Shown here: in pieces, positions 26,197-34,464 of the stretch
Layout: every line of letters begins with the position of its first letter
Position numbering within the stretch: the stretch's first letter is position 1
NCBI GenBank assembly: GCA_041605955.1
Contig: JBFIXI010000007.1
Coordinates: forward strand, 34,807 to 98,806
Direction of reading: 5' to 3'
Source: Acidimicrobiia bacterium
GTDB taxonomy: Bacteria > Actinomycetota > Acidimicrobiia > Spongiisociales > UBA5794
DNA length: 64,000 nucleotides
Program-made: the position numbers and the translations under genes
Notes under the pieces: generated by a model
What the model was told of the DNA's origin: nothing
The model's database searches: none
Seen by the model: the letters and a program-made list of their open reading frames with translations, nothing else

Positions 26197-26520
26197 CTAC
26201 TCGTCGTTTCCGGCTGGTTGATTGCTGAAGAGGGCGCGGAGGCGCTCCCGGATCTTGGTGCGTAGTCGATCGGCCCACTCGAACTCGGACGCCAGGATCG
26301 CCAAACCTGTGAAGACGATCAGCCATCCCGGGCCGACGAGCGGAATGAGCGGGATTCCGATCAAGATGACGACGATGCCGACGACGGCCACTCCGAACTT
26401 GCGGACGAAGCCCGACTCGGCCGATACGAGGCCCTCGCCCTCATCGGCCGCCGGCTCGTTGACGGCTGGTTCGCTCGCTTGCGCCTCCCCCGAAGGGGGA
26501 GCCTGGTCCTGCTCGTTCAT
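26197..26520 (-). CDS. PGPGW-domain small membrane protein
   Basis: 108 aa from ATG 26520. LIPLVGPGWLIVFTGLAILASEFEWA matches the PGPGW motif. Its stop codon directly abuts the start of the downstream ATPase gene. Confidence 0.6.
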   Translation of the reverse strand: MNEQDQAPPSGEAQASEPAVNEPAADEGEGLVSAESGFVRKFGVAVVGIVVILIGIPLIPLVGPGWLIVFTGLAILASEFEWADRLRTKIRERLRALFSNQPAGNDE

Positions 26521-26662
26521 GATTGTCTTTATCTTATGGGCTCGAATCACCGCTGTAGCCGCCTTCTGGAGTCTCTGGTCGTGGATCGCCGGGGGCAACC
26601 GGCCGCCCGCCGTCGCGGCATCTGGCGGAGTGGCCAGACATGTCTCGAGATGACTAACGCAG

Positions 26663-27430
26663 ATGACGGCCAAAATGTCGCGTCGTATCGTTGCGCGCCT
26701 CATGGATGCAGCCCTCTCGATCGTTGCCGCCGCCGTGGCCTCCGGCTTCGCGGCGGACTTGTGGCGCAGCCACTCCAGGCGTCGCCGTTTCCATGCTGCC
26801 GCGTGGGCAACCGCCATGACCCTCTACGCAGTGGCGACGTGGACCCTGGCGTGGGGGCTGTTGGGGGGATGGTCCGACACGAGCTTTCGCCTGTTCTACT
26901 ACTTGGGAGCCGTCGTGAACATTCCGGTGTTGGCGCTCGGCTCGATTGCCTTGATCCGCGGTGAGGGCGCCGCCCAGAAGTTCCTGGTGGTTCTGGTGGC
27001 GTTCTTCGGGCTCTCGGCCTGGTCCGTCATGGTCGCTCCTGCCGTAGGCGAGATCGAAGACGTCGGCATCCCTGAAGGCAGCGCAGTCTTCCAGCAGGGC
27101 ATGATCGATGCCGAAGGAGTTCCGCCAATCCCCAGTCCGCGCGTGTTTGCCGCGATCGCCGGCGGGTTGGGCACGGTCATCGTGGTCACCCTGGCGGCAA
27201 TCAGCATCGTGCGGCGATGGAGGGATCGCAACGCGAGGTGGGGAAACACCCTGATCGTCCTCGGGACCCTGGCGCCGGCCTTGGGAGGGTCGCTCACCGC
27301 CCTCGGGGAAGGCAGCGCCTTTGCTGTGTCATTGCTGGCCGGCGCCGCGCTCCTGTGGGCGGGCTTCCGGGTGGCCTCGCGCGCTTCCTATCGACGGCAG
27401 CGCCCCGCTCCAACCCAGGGTCCCCCGTAG
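26663..27430 (+). CDS. Polytopic membrane protein, unknown function
   Basis: 255-aa ORF with 6-7 hydrophobic segments and high GC3. No motif recognised. Confidence 0.55.
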   Translation: MTAKMSRRIVARLMDAALSIVAAAVASGFAADLWRSHSRRRRFHAAAWATAMTLYAVATWTLAWGLLGGWSDTSFRLFYYLGAVVNIPVLALGSIALIRGEGAAQKFLVVLVAFFGLSAWSVMVAPAVGEIEDVGIPEGSAVFQQGMIDAEGVPPIPSPRVFAAIAGGLGTVIVVTLAAISIVRRWRDRNARWGNTLIVLGTLAPALGGSLTALGEGSAFAVSLLAGAALLWAGFRVASRASYRRQRPAPTQGPP

Positions 27431-27433
27431 ACT
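27428..27433 (+). promoter_or_regulatory. -10 box TAGACT, 6 nt before ATG 27440
   Basis: gtagactgcgccgATG. The hexamer includes the TAG stop of the upstream gene. Confidence 0.35.
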
Positions 27434-27439
27434 GCGCCG

Positions 27440-27883
27440 ATGCCCACCTTCCTACGCCGCGTATCGGCGACGTTCTTGGCTGCCGCCGTGGTGGGTCTCG
27501 GGGCGTGTTCCCCAGACCCGATCGCAGTCGAGGTCGAGCCGGAAGAGGCGCAGAGCTGCGACGATCTCATCCCGACCGGCGAGGCGCTGGCGGTCCAGTT
27601 GCTGGCAGCGATCGAAAGCGTTCCGATCGATGTGCTCACCGGAGATGTTCCGCCGGAAGGTGCTCTGGCCGAGCTGCTGGAGAAGGGTCGCCTGTACGAC
27701 GAGCGGACCGTCGGTTTGGGATGTGATCCGGCGGTCCTGAATGCCGCGATCATGGAGCGCGTCGGTGCTGATCTCGAACCCGGCTCGCTGGCGGGGACAA
27801 TCCTGCTCGAGATCATGCAGGGTGGCGCATTGGGAGAGTCGGGTCCCACGACGACCGCCGGCGAGCAAGACGTGGAGTCGTAG
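27440..27883 (+). CDS. Acidic lipoprotein, unknown function
   Basis: MPTFLRRVSATFLAAAVVGLGAC lipobox. TAGACT-N6-ATG lies immediately upstream. Confidence 0.55.
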   Translation: MPTFLRRVSATFLAAAVVGLGACSPDPIAVEVEPEEAQSCDDLIPTGEALAVQLLAAIESVPIDVLTGDVPPEGALAELLEKGRLYDERTVGLGCDPAVLNAAIMERVGADLEPGSLAGTILLEIMQGGALGESGPTTTAGEQDVES

Positions 27884-27889
27884 GAAGCT

Positions 27890-28582
27890 TCAATCGAGCT
27901 CGGCGGCGGCGGCTTCATCGAGGAACCACGTCACCCGCCGGGCGCCGGCGGCAGCCCGCTGTGCCGGGTACGGGACGCCTTGTGCGATGACTTCGCGGAC
28001 GACGGTCGCTTTGCCCTCTCCCGTCACCAGAAACACCAATTCTTCGGCGGCCCAGAGCAAGGGGAGCGTTGCCGTGAGCCGCCAAGCGTCTTTTTCCTCG
28101 ATCCAATTGGCCGTGTAGATGTCGGCCGACTCTTCGAGGGCGCTCGTGCCCGGGAACAGCGAAGCGGTGTGGCCGTCAGAGCCCATCCCGAGCAACACGA
28201 GATCCGGAGCCGGACCCCGCCCCCGATTCACGAAGCAGGCACGCAACGCGGTTCCGTAGGCGGCGGCGGCGGTGCGCGGATCGCCGATGGCGTGGTTGGG
28301 GGCGATCAGATGCCCGCGGACTTTGTCAACGAGCTCGGCGCGCACCATGCCGACGTTGGACTCCGGGTGATGATATGCCACCCATCGCTCGTCACCCAGC
28401 CACATCGTGGTGTGCGCCCACGAGATACGGCGCCTGGTCAATTCGGCATATGCGGCGCGCGGGGTACGGCCACCCGCCAGGCCGAGCGTGGAGGGGCCCT
28501 CGATCGCCCCAAGCGCGCTGGTGACGTGATCGGCCAACGCGGCCGCCGCGCTCGCGGTGTCGCTACGTACCTGAATCGTCAT
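27890..28582 (-). CDS. pgl: 6-phosphogluconolactonase
   Basis: ...LGLAGGRTPRAAY...WLGDERWV...LLGMGSDGHTASLFPG, typical of Pgl/NagB-fold lactonases. The start is set at ATG 28582 (MTIQV...), preceded by TAGCCT-N7. Confidence 0.85.
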   Translation of the reverse strand: MTIQVRSDTASAAAALADHVTSALGAIEGPSTLGLAGGRTPRAAYAELTRRRISWAHTTMWLGDERWVAYHHPESNVGMVRAELVDKVRGHLIAPNHAIGDPRTAAAAYGTALRACFVNRGRGPAPDLVLLGMGSDGHTASLFPGTSALEESADIYTANWIEEKDAWRLTATLPLLWAAEELVFLVTGEGKATVVREVIAQGVPYPAQRAAAGARRVTWFLDEAAAAELD

Positions 28583-28589
28583 CCGGGGC

Positions 28590-28595
28590 AGGCTA
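28590..28595 (-). promoter_or_regulatory. -10 box TAGCCT (minus strand), 7 nt before pgl ATG 28582
   Basis: The reverse strand reads gTAGCCTgccccggATG. Confidence 0.35.
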
Positions 28596-28683
28596 CCTGC
28601 CACCCGGCTTGCGACTTGCGGCCGGCCACCGGATGCGTCTGGCATTATCGGCGCAAGAGGCACTCAGGAGACGGGAGGCGGAC

Positions 28684-29376
28684 ATGGGGCGCACGCTGAG
28701 GATCAAATGGCCGGGAGCGGAGAAGATCAATGCTCGCCTCGAGACCGCGTCGGATTCGTCGGACGTGGGGATCCTGTTGGCGCACGGCGCGGGAGCCGGC
28801 CAGGTGCATCCCTTCATGCAGCAGCTGCGCCGCGGGCTCGCCACGGGTGGCTTGACGGTGATGACTTTCGACTACGCCTACGCGGCGGCGGGGCGGAGGG
28901 CGCCCGACCGGCTACCCAAGCTGCTGGCGGTTCATGAGGCGGCGGCGGATCGGTTGGCGACCTACGTCGATCGAGTCGTGCTGGCCGGCAAGTCGATGGG
29001 GGGCCGGGTTGGCTCACATCTGGCCGGAGATCATGCGTGGCCGGCGGCCGGCGTCGTCTACTACGCGTACCCGCTCGTTCCTCCGGGCAAGAGTGGGCCG
29101 CGTCCGACTGACCATCTGGAGAGGATCACCGTGCCACAACTCTTCTTGGTGGGGACCCGGGACAGGTTGAGCCCACTCGCCGCAATCCGGGAGCTGGCGA
29201 GTGCTTTGCCGCAAGCGTCGGTGCACGTCATCGAGGGAGGCGATCACAGCTTCCGGACTCCGCAGAGCCTCGGCCGGGACGCGGCCGATGTGATGGGTGA
29301 GCTGGTTACGACTACTGCCTCCTGGGTGGAGGGCCTCGCCTTACCGGCGAAGCAGCCGGGCGGAGCGGATAGCTGA
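28684..29376 (+). CDS. Alpha/beta hydrolase (KANL3/Tex30-like, dienelactone-hydrolase fold)
   Basis: GILLAHGAGAG..., nucleophile elbow LAGKSMGG, and ...IEGGDHSF. GGGAGG lies 6 nt before ATG 28684. Confidence 0.7.
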   Translation: MGRTLRIKWPGAEKINARLETASDSSDVGILLAHGAGAGQVHPFMQQLRRGLATGGLTVMTFDYAYAAAGRRAPDRLPKLLAVHEAAADRLATYVDRVVLAGKSMGGRVGSHLAGDHAWPAAGVVYYAYPLVPPGKSGPRPTDHLERITVPQLFLVGTRDRLSPLAAIRELASALPQASVHVIEGGDHSFRTPQSLGRDAADVMGELVTTTASWVEGLALPAKQPGGADS

Positions 29377-29381
29377 GTCGC

Positions 29382-29484
29382 CGGGTGAGCGGCGGCTTCG
29401 GGTGAGGGGGGTCGTCGGGTGAACGGGTTCGTCCGGTGAGCGGGTTCCTCCGGTGATCGGGTTCGTCCGCTGAATTGGGGTCGT
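29382..29484. repeat. Tandem repeat, 17-bp unit x6 (consensus CCGGTGAGCGGGTTCGT)
   Basis: Unit 1: cgggtgagcggcggctt. Unit 2: cgggtgaggggggtcgt. Unit 3: cgggtgaacgggttcgt. Unit 4: ccggtgagcgggttcct. Unit 5: ccggtgatcgggttcgt. Unit 6: ccgctgaattggggtcgt. The array fills the convergent spacer between stops at 29376 (+) and 29499 (-). Confidence 0.9.
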
Positions 29485-29498
29485 CGCAAGACCGCGGC

Positions 29499-30404
29499 TC
29501 AAGCCCGGGGGATATGGCGGGCCGAGACCACCCGCCCATTGCGCGTGTTCAGCTCCCACAGTGATCCCTTCGGCCATTCGAGGGCGCCGCTGACGGTCAC
29601 TCGGGGATCGCCGGCCAGGTGTCGCATGAGCGGCCCGATCGTCTCGCCATGGGAGCACAGCACGATGCGCTGCCGCCTGCTTCTCTTGATGAGGAGCATC
29701 ACATCGTCCGGCGTCGCCCCCCGCTTCAGCCGCTGGGAGAGCTCTACCCTCATCCCGAGTCGTTGCGCCAGCGGCCCTACCGTCTGCTCACAGCGAAGCA
29801 TCGGGCTGGATACGATCCGGTTGATCGGGGTGCGCAGCAGCCGGGTCACCAAAGCCTCCATCTGCTCGTGACCTCTGATGGAGATCGGTCGCACCACGTC
29901 GGCCTTCTTCCATTTCTTCTTGTTGCCGGCGTCGACGTGGCGCACGAGCAAGACCTTGCCGGCGGGACGGTCGGCGGCCATGGAGGTGGCCGCTTCGAGG
30001 ACGGCGGCATCGCGCGTGTAAGAGACTCTCTCCAGAGCTCGCGCCGGACGCAGCCATCGGATCCGGTCTACTTCTGAGTTGGGGCGGAACGTCTCCTCCT
30101 TGGCGTGGAACAGCCAGTAGCGGACAACCTTGGCATTACCGGCAGCGGTGATGTACCCGACCGTGCCGATCGCATCTTCGATCAACCCGGTGACGCCGGC
30201 TTCTTCGAATACCTCGCGCTCGGCGCACGCGATGAAGGATTCACCGCGATCGAGCTTGCCCTTGGGCAGCGACCAGTCGTCATATCGGGGTCGGTGCACC
30301 AACAGAAACTCCGGCCTGCCCTTGCGCATCCGGTAGGTGGCGACGCCCGCCGCCCAGATGGTCGGTTGGTAATCGCTTGCCCGTCGAGCGCGGCTGGGAG
30401 CCAT
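29499..30404 (-). CDS. mutT1: Nudix hydrolase fused to histidine-phosphatase (SixA/PGAM-like) domain, MutT1-like
   Basis: Nudix box LPKGKLDRGESFIACAEREVFEEAGV, then a C-terminal LLVRHVDAG (RH motif) and ...CSHGETI. ATG 30404 overlaps the ppk stop (ATGA). Confidence 0.75.
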   Translation of the reverse strand: MAPSRARRASDYQPTIWAAGVATYRMRKGRPEFLLVHRPRYDDWSLPKGKLDRGESFIACAEREVFEEAGVTGLIEDAIGTVGYITAAGNAKVVRYWLFHAKEETFRPNSEVDRIRWLRPARALERVSYTRDAAVLEAATSMAADRPAGKVLLVRHVDAGNKKKWKKADVVRPISIRGHEQMEALVTRLLRTPINRIVSSPMLRCEQTVGPLAQRLGMRVELSQRLKRGATPDDVMLLIKRSRRQRIVLCSHGETIGPLMRHLAGDPRVTVSGALEWPKGSLWELNTRNGRVVSARHIPRA

Positions 30405-32476
30405 CAGCCGGTGGTGTCGTGTCGGCGCTCCAGAGCGAGCTGCGCCAATGTCTCGTGGGAGTCGACGCCTTCGGTCGTCAAGACCTTGTGCCAGTCGCCG
30501 TTCGCTTCCAGCTCCCAGGCGAGCACATCGTCGGCACGCAGCACATCGAGAATCTGCTCGATGCGCTCCTGGAGCTGCGGGTCCGTGACGGGCACCAGCG
30601 CCTCGACCCGGCCGCGCAGGTTCCTTTGCATCATGTCGGCCGAACCGATGTAGTAGACGGCACCCAGGCTGGGTCGGCCGAAACGATAGATACGGGAATG
30701 TTCGAGAAAGCGTCCCACGATGGAGCGCACTGTGATGTTGTCCGAGAAGCCCGGCACCTGTGGCCGCAGTGAGTTGATGCCACGGATGATCAAGTCGATC
30801 TGGCACCCCGTCGTCGACGCCTCGTACAGCTCCTCGATGATGTCCGGGTCTGTCAGGTGGTTGATCTTGAAGACGATCTTGCCCTCCTTGCCCAACCGAC
30901 CCTCATCGCGGATCCTCTCGATGATGCGGTCCTTGAGCATGGTGGGTGCCACGAGCAGCTTGTCGTACGCATCGCTCGCCCCGTAGCCAGTGAGCGTGTT
31001 GAACAGCTCGGAGAGATCGGCTCCGATGGCGTGGTCGGAGGTGAATAGGCCTAGATCCTCGTAAAGCACGGCGGTCTTGGGGTTGTAGTTGCCGGTTCCG
31101 ATGTGGGCGTAGCGGCGCAGCCCGGCGGCTTCGCGTCTGACGACGAGAAGAATCTTGGAATGGGTCTTGAGGCCGGAGACGCCGTAGACCACATGAGCCC
31201 CGGCGTCTTCCAGCAGGCGGGCCCATGCGATATTGGCTGCTTCGTCAAACCTGGCTTTGAGCTCGACGAGAACGACGACCTGCTTGCCGGCGCGGGCAGC
31301 TTGACGGAGCATCTCGACTACGGCTTGCTCGCCGCCGATGGCCGGATCCTCGGCTGCCGACGTTCGATACAGCGTCTGTTTGATGGCGACCACGTTGGGG
31401 TCACGAACCGCCTGCGCCAGAAACGCAGCCGTCGAGGTGCCAAACGAGTCATACGGATGCTGTACCAAGATGTCGCGATCCTTCAGCAGGCTGAAGAAAT
31501 CGACCCGAGCCCCCCCGGGCGGGGCGAGGATCGCCTGTGTCGTGGGGATCCAAGGGTCCTCCTTGAGATCGGGCCGCGGCAGCCGGTAGATGCTGAAGAG
31601 GGCACTCAGGTCCAACGGGGCCTCATGCACCGTGGTGTCGTCGCCGCTCAACCCGAGCTCGCGCGCCAACAGGTGAGCGAGCTCCTCCGACATGTCGCCT
31701 TGGATCTCCAATCGCACGGCCGCCGCCGAGCGCTGCCGGTAATGCAGCACGGTCTCCATGGCTTCGAGCAGATCGTCCGCCTCGTCCTCCTCGATGGCGT
31801 AGTCGGCGTTGCGGGTCACCCGGAAGGCGTAGTGGGCCTCGATGACGCGTCCCGCGAACAGGCGGGGAAGGTGGGCGGCGACCACTTGCTCGAGGGGCAC
31901 GAACCGATCGCCGTCGACCATCGGCACGAATCGCGGCAGGATCGGCGGGATCTTGACGCGGGCGAAGCGACGGCGTTGGTCCGCCGGGTCGCGCACCATG
32001 ACGGCCAGGTTGAGTGAGAGATTCGAGATGTACGGAAATGGATGGGAGGGGTCTACTGCCAGCGGAGTGAGCACGGGGAACATGTGCTCCTCGAACTTCT
32101 CGGTGAGTTCGGCTTTCTCCTCGCTGCTGAGGTCGTCCCAGCCGACGAAAGTGATGTTCTCCTTCTCGAGAGCCGGCACCAGCTGGTCGAGAAACAAGTC
32201 GTCGATACGCTCGACGAGAGCGGCGATGCGAGGACGAATCGCCGCCAGCTGCTCGGCCGCCGTCAATCCATCAACCGATCGGATGTCGCCGCCGGTGCGC
32301 TGTTGGTTGATCAGCCCAGAGACGCGGACCTGGAAGAACTCGTCCAGGTTCTGATTGACGATGGCAACGAACTTGAGACGCTCCAGCAACGGGGCCGCAG
32401 GGTCCTCGGCCAAGGCGAGCACCCGCTCCTGAAAGTCGAGCAGAGCCAGTTCGCGATTGATATATCGTTCTTGCAT
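30404..32476 (-). CDS. ppk: Polyphosphate kinase 1
   Basis: MQERYINRELALLDFQERVL... N-terminus, HSKILLVVR catalytic His region, and ...FLEHSRIYRF. The start is chosen at ATG 32476; the upstream in-frame candidates are 32509 and 32656. Confidence 0.9.
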   Translation of the reverse strand: MQERYINRELALLDFQERVLALAEDPAAPLLERLKFVAIVNQNLDEFFQVRVSGLINQQRTGGDIRSVDGLTAAEQLAAIRPRIAALVERIDDLFLDQLVPALEKENITFVGWDDLSSEEKAELTEKFEEHMFPVLTPLAVDPSHPFPYISNLSLNLAVMVRDPADQRRRFARVKIPPILPRFVPMVDGDRFVPLEQVVAAHLPRLFAGRVIEAHYAFRVTRNADYAIEEDEADDLLEAMETVLHYRQRSAAAVRLEIQGDMSEELAHLLARELGLSGDDTTVHEAPLDLSALFSIYRLPRPDLKEDPWIPTTQAILAPPGGARVDFFSLLKDRDILVQHPYDSFGTSTAAFLAQAVRDPNVVAIKQTLYRTSAAEDPAIGGEQAVVEMLRQAARAGKQVVVLVELKARFDEAANIAWARLLEDAGAHVVYGVSGLKTHSKILLVVRREAAGLRRYAHIGTGNYNPKTAVLYEDLGLFTSDHAIGADLSELFNTLTGYGASDAYDKLLVAPTMLKDRIIERIRDEGRLGKEGKIVFKINHLTDPDIIEELYEASTTGCQIDLIIRGINSLRPQVPGFSDNITVRSIVGRFLEHSRIYRFGRPSLGAVYYIGSADMMQRNLRGRVEALVPVTDPQLQERIEQILDVLRADDVLAWELEANGDWHKVLTTEGVDSHETLAQLALERRHDTTG

Positions 32477-32559
32477 AAGATTCCCGACCGGGTGACCGGG
32501 GACACGCATGGTACTAAATATCGTGGATCGGCACCGGCGGTCGGATCCGTGAGTCGATC

Positions 32560-33108
32560 GTGACCTGGCTCCAGGGTCGGCGATGGCCCCGCATGGCGCC
32601 GGTAATGCGGCTGATAGCGATCGTAATCGTGGCGGCGGCATGCTCCAGCGGCGCAACGGCTCCGCCCATCGATGGCGTGGCGGAGATCTGCATTCCGGAC
32701 TTCTGTGTCGACTATCCGCAAAGCTGGAAGGTCGTCGAGTCCGGTGACCGCTTCGTCAGCTTCAGCTATCCGGAGGCCGACGGCGTCGTGGCCACGGTGG
32801 GTCGGATGAATCTGGAAGGCATCGTGGTCAACGCCGGCGGTGCCTGGCCGGTGCCGCCGCGCGACGTGATCGACCACTTCTGGAGCTTGCTCGACGGCGG
32901 CGAAGCCGAGCTCGCCCATGTCGCCCTCGCCGGCGACGGCGCGTTGGATTCGTGGGGCTTCATTGCGACCGGCAGGCTGTGGCACCGGCTGGTACCCACC
33001 TCGGCCTCTCGCGGGTTCGGCATCGAGGTGCGCGGCCCGAACGCCTCGTGGGAGGCCCACGCCGACGTGTTTCGCCGCAACCTGGTTGTGGTCGATAGCG
33101 AGCTCTAA
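32560..33108 (+). CDS. Lipoprotein, unknown function
   Basis: ...MRLIAIVIVAAACSSG lipobox. The start is ambiguous: GTG 32560, ATG 32593 or ATG 32605. Confidence 0.5.
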   Translation: MTWLQGRRWPRMAPVMRLIAIVIVAAACSSGATAPPIDGVAEICIPDFCVDYPQSWKVVESGDRFVSFSYPEADGVVATVGRMNLEGIVVNAGGAWPVPPRDVIDHFWSLLDGGEAELAHVALAGDGALDSWGFIATGRLWHRLVPTSASRGFGIEVRGPNASWEAHADVFRRNLVVVDSEL

Positions 33109-33136
33109 GCCGGCGCGCCGCGTAGACTCCGCCGGA

Positions 33137-34408
33137 ATGACTGCGGCCGGATTCCGTCCCGATGCGATCCACGTTGTGGGTGGCCGGCGTCTGGCGGGCG
33201 AGGTGGCCGTCCTCGGCGCCAAGAATGCCGTCCTCAAACACATGGTGGCAGCGCTGCTGGCACCTGGTGAACACTTGCTGCACAACGTCCCTGCCATCGC
33301 CGACGTGGCCATCATGGGCGAGGTCCTGCGCCATGCCGGTGCCGAGTGCGAGCGCAGCGACAATGCACTCCAGATCCGGGTGCCGGAGGAACCGAACCCG
33401 GAAGCGCCGCTGGACCTGGTGCGTCGGATGCGCGCCTCGATCCTCATCCTGGGTGCGCTGCTATCGCGCTGCGGAGAGGCCCGAATAGCGCTTCCCGGCG
33501 GGGATGATTTCGGCTCGCGCCCCATCGACATGCACCTCGACGGTCTGCGCGACATGGGCGCCAGCTTCGAACTCAGCCATGGGGTGCTCGAAGCGAGGGC
33601 TCCGGATGGCCTGCAGGGGACAGACATCTACCTGGAGTTTCCCAGCGTCGGAGCAACTGAGAATCTGCTCCTGGCCGCGGTGATGGCGCACGGCACAACC
33701 GTGATCTCGAACGCGGCGCGCGAACCGGAGTTGGCCGATCTGGCCGCCTTCCTCAACAAGATGGGCGCCAAGATCGAAGGTGCCGGCACCTCGACCATCA
33801 CGATCCGGGGCGTGAGCGACTTGTCACCCGCAGCGCACCGGGTCGTGCCCGACCGGCTCGAAGCCGGAACCTACGCCCTGGCCGGGGCAATCTCGGCGGG
33901 CCGGGTGCGTGTTGTCGACTGCGTGCCCGACCACCTTCGGATGGAGCTGCGCAAGATGGAGGCCGCCGGATGTGAAGTGACGACGGGCGAAGATTGGATC
34001 GAGGTGGTCGGTCCCGATCGCCCCCAGCCGGTCGACTTCGCCACGCTGCCCTATCCGGGATTCCACACCGACATGCATCCCCAGATGGTGGCGCTGCTGG
34101 CTCGGGCATCCGGCACCTCCATCATCACCGAGAACGTCTACGCGGCCCGATTCCGTTACGTCGGCGAGCTCAACCGCATGGGAGCGGACATCCACACCGA
34201 CGGCCAACATGTGGTCGTGCGGGGCACGCTCCAGCTCAGCGGTTGCGAGGTCGACGGCTGTGACATCCGGGCGGCCGCTGCGCTCGTGCTGGCCGGGTTG
34301 GCTGCCGATGGTGTCACCACGGTGGTACACGCCGACCACGTCGACCGCGGCTATGCCGGGTTCGAGGCCAAGATGAAATCGCTGGGCGCGGCGATCAGCC
34401 GGAGCTGA
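33137..34408 (+). CDS. murA: UDP-N-acetylglucosamine 1-carboxyvinyltransferase
   Basis: ...VGGRRLAGEVAVLGAKNAVLKHMVAALLA... and ...LPGGDDFGSRPIDMHL... (Asp at the position of the usual active-site Cys, as in mycobacterial MurA). The start is ATG 33137, preceded by TAGACT-N8. Confidence 0.9.
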   Translation: MTAAGFRPDAIHVVGGRRLAGEVAVLGAKNAVLKHMVAALLAPGEHLLHNVPAIADVAIMGEVLRHAGAECERSDNALQIRVPEEPNPEAPLDLVRRMRASILILGALLSRCGEARIALPGGDDFGSRPIDMHLDGLRDMGASFELSHGVLEARAPDGLQGTDIYLEFPSVGATENLLLAAVMAHGTTVISNAAREPELADLAAFLNKMGAKIEGAGTSTITIRGVSDLSPAAHRVVPDRLEAGTYALAGAISAGRVRVVDCVPDHLRMELRKMEAAGCEVTTGEDWIEVVGPDRPQPVDFATLPYPGFHTDMHPQMVALLARASGTSIITENVYAARFRYVGELNRMGADIHTDGQHVVVRGTLQLSGCEVDGCDIRAAAALVLAGLAADGVTTVVHADHVDRGYAGFEAKMKSLGAAISRS

Positions 34409-34464
34409 GCGCCGCTACATCCGGCTGGCGGACCGTTCGGGGAGGAGATGCGACAATTCGTCCG

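Noticed and set aside
29499-30806. Long versions of track ORFs extending upstream of the functional starts (29499-30806, 19906-20886, 23361-25103, 26197-26817, 32918-34408, 54056-55714, 58509-59258, 62286-63404)
   Set aside because: In each case the N-terminal extension overlaps the neighbouring gene out of frame and has shadow-frame composition. An internal ATG, often in an ATGA or 4-nt overlap with the upstream stop, gives the family-typical N-terminus.
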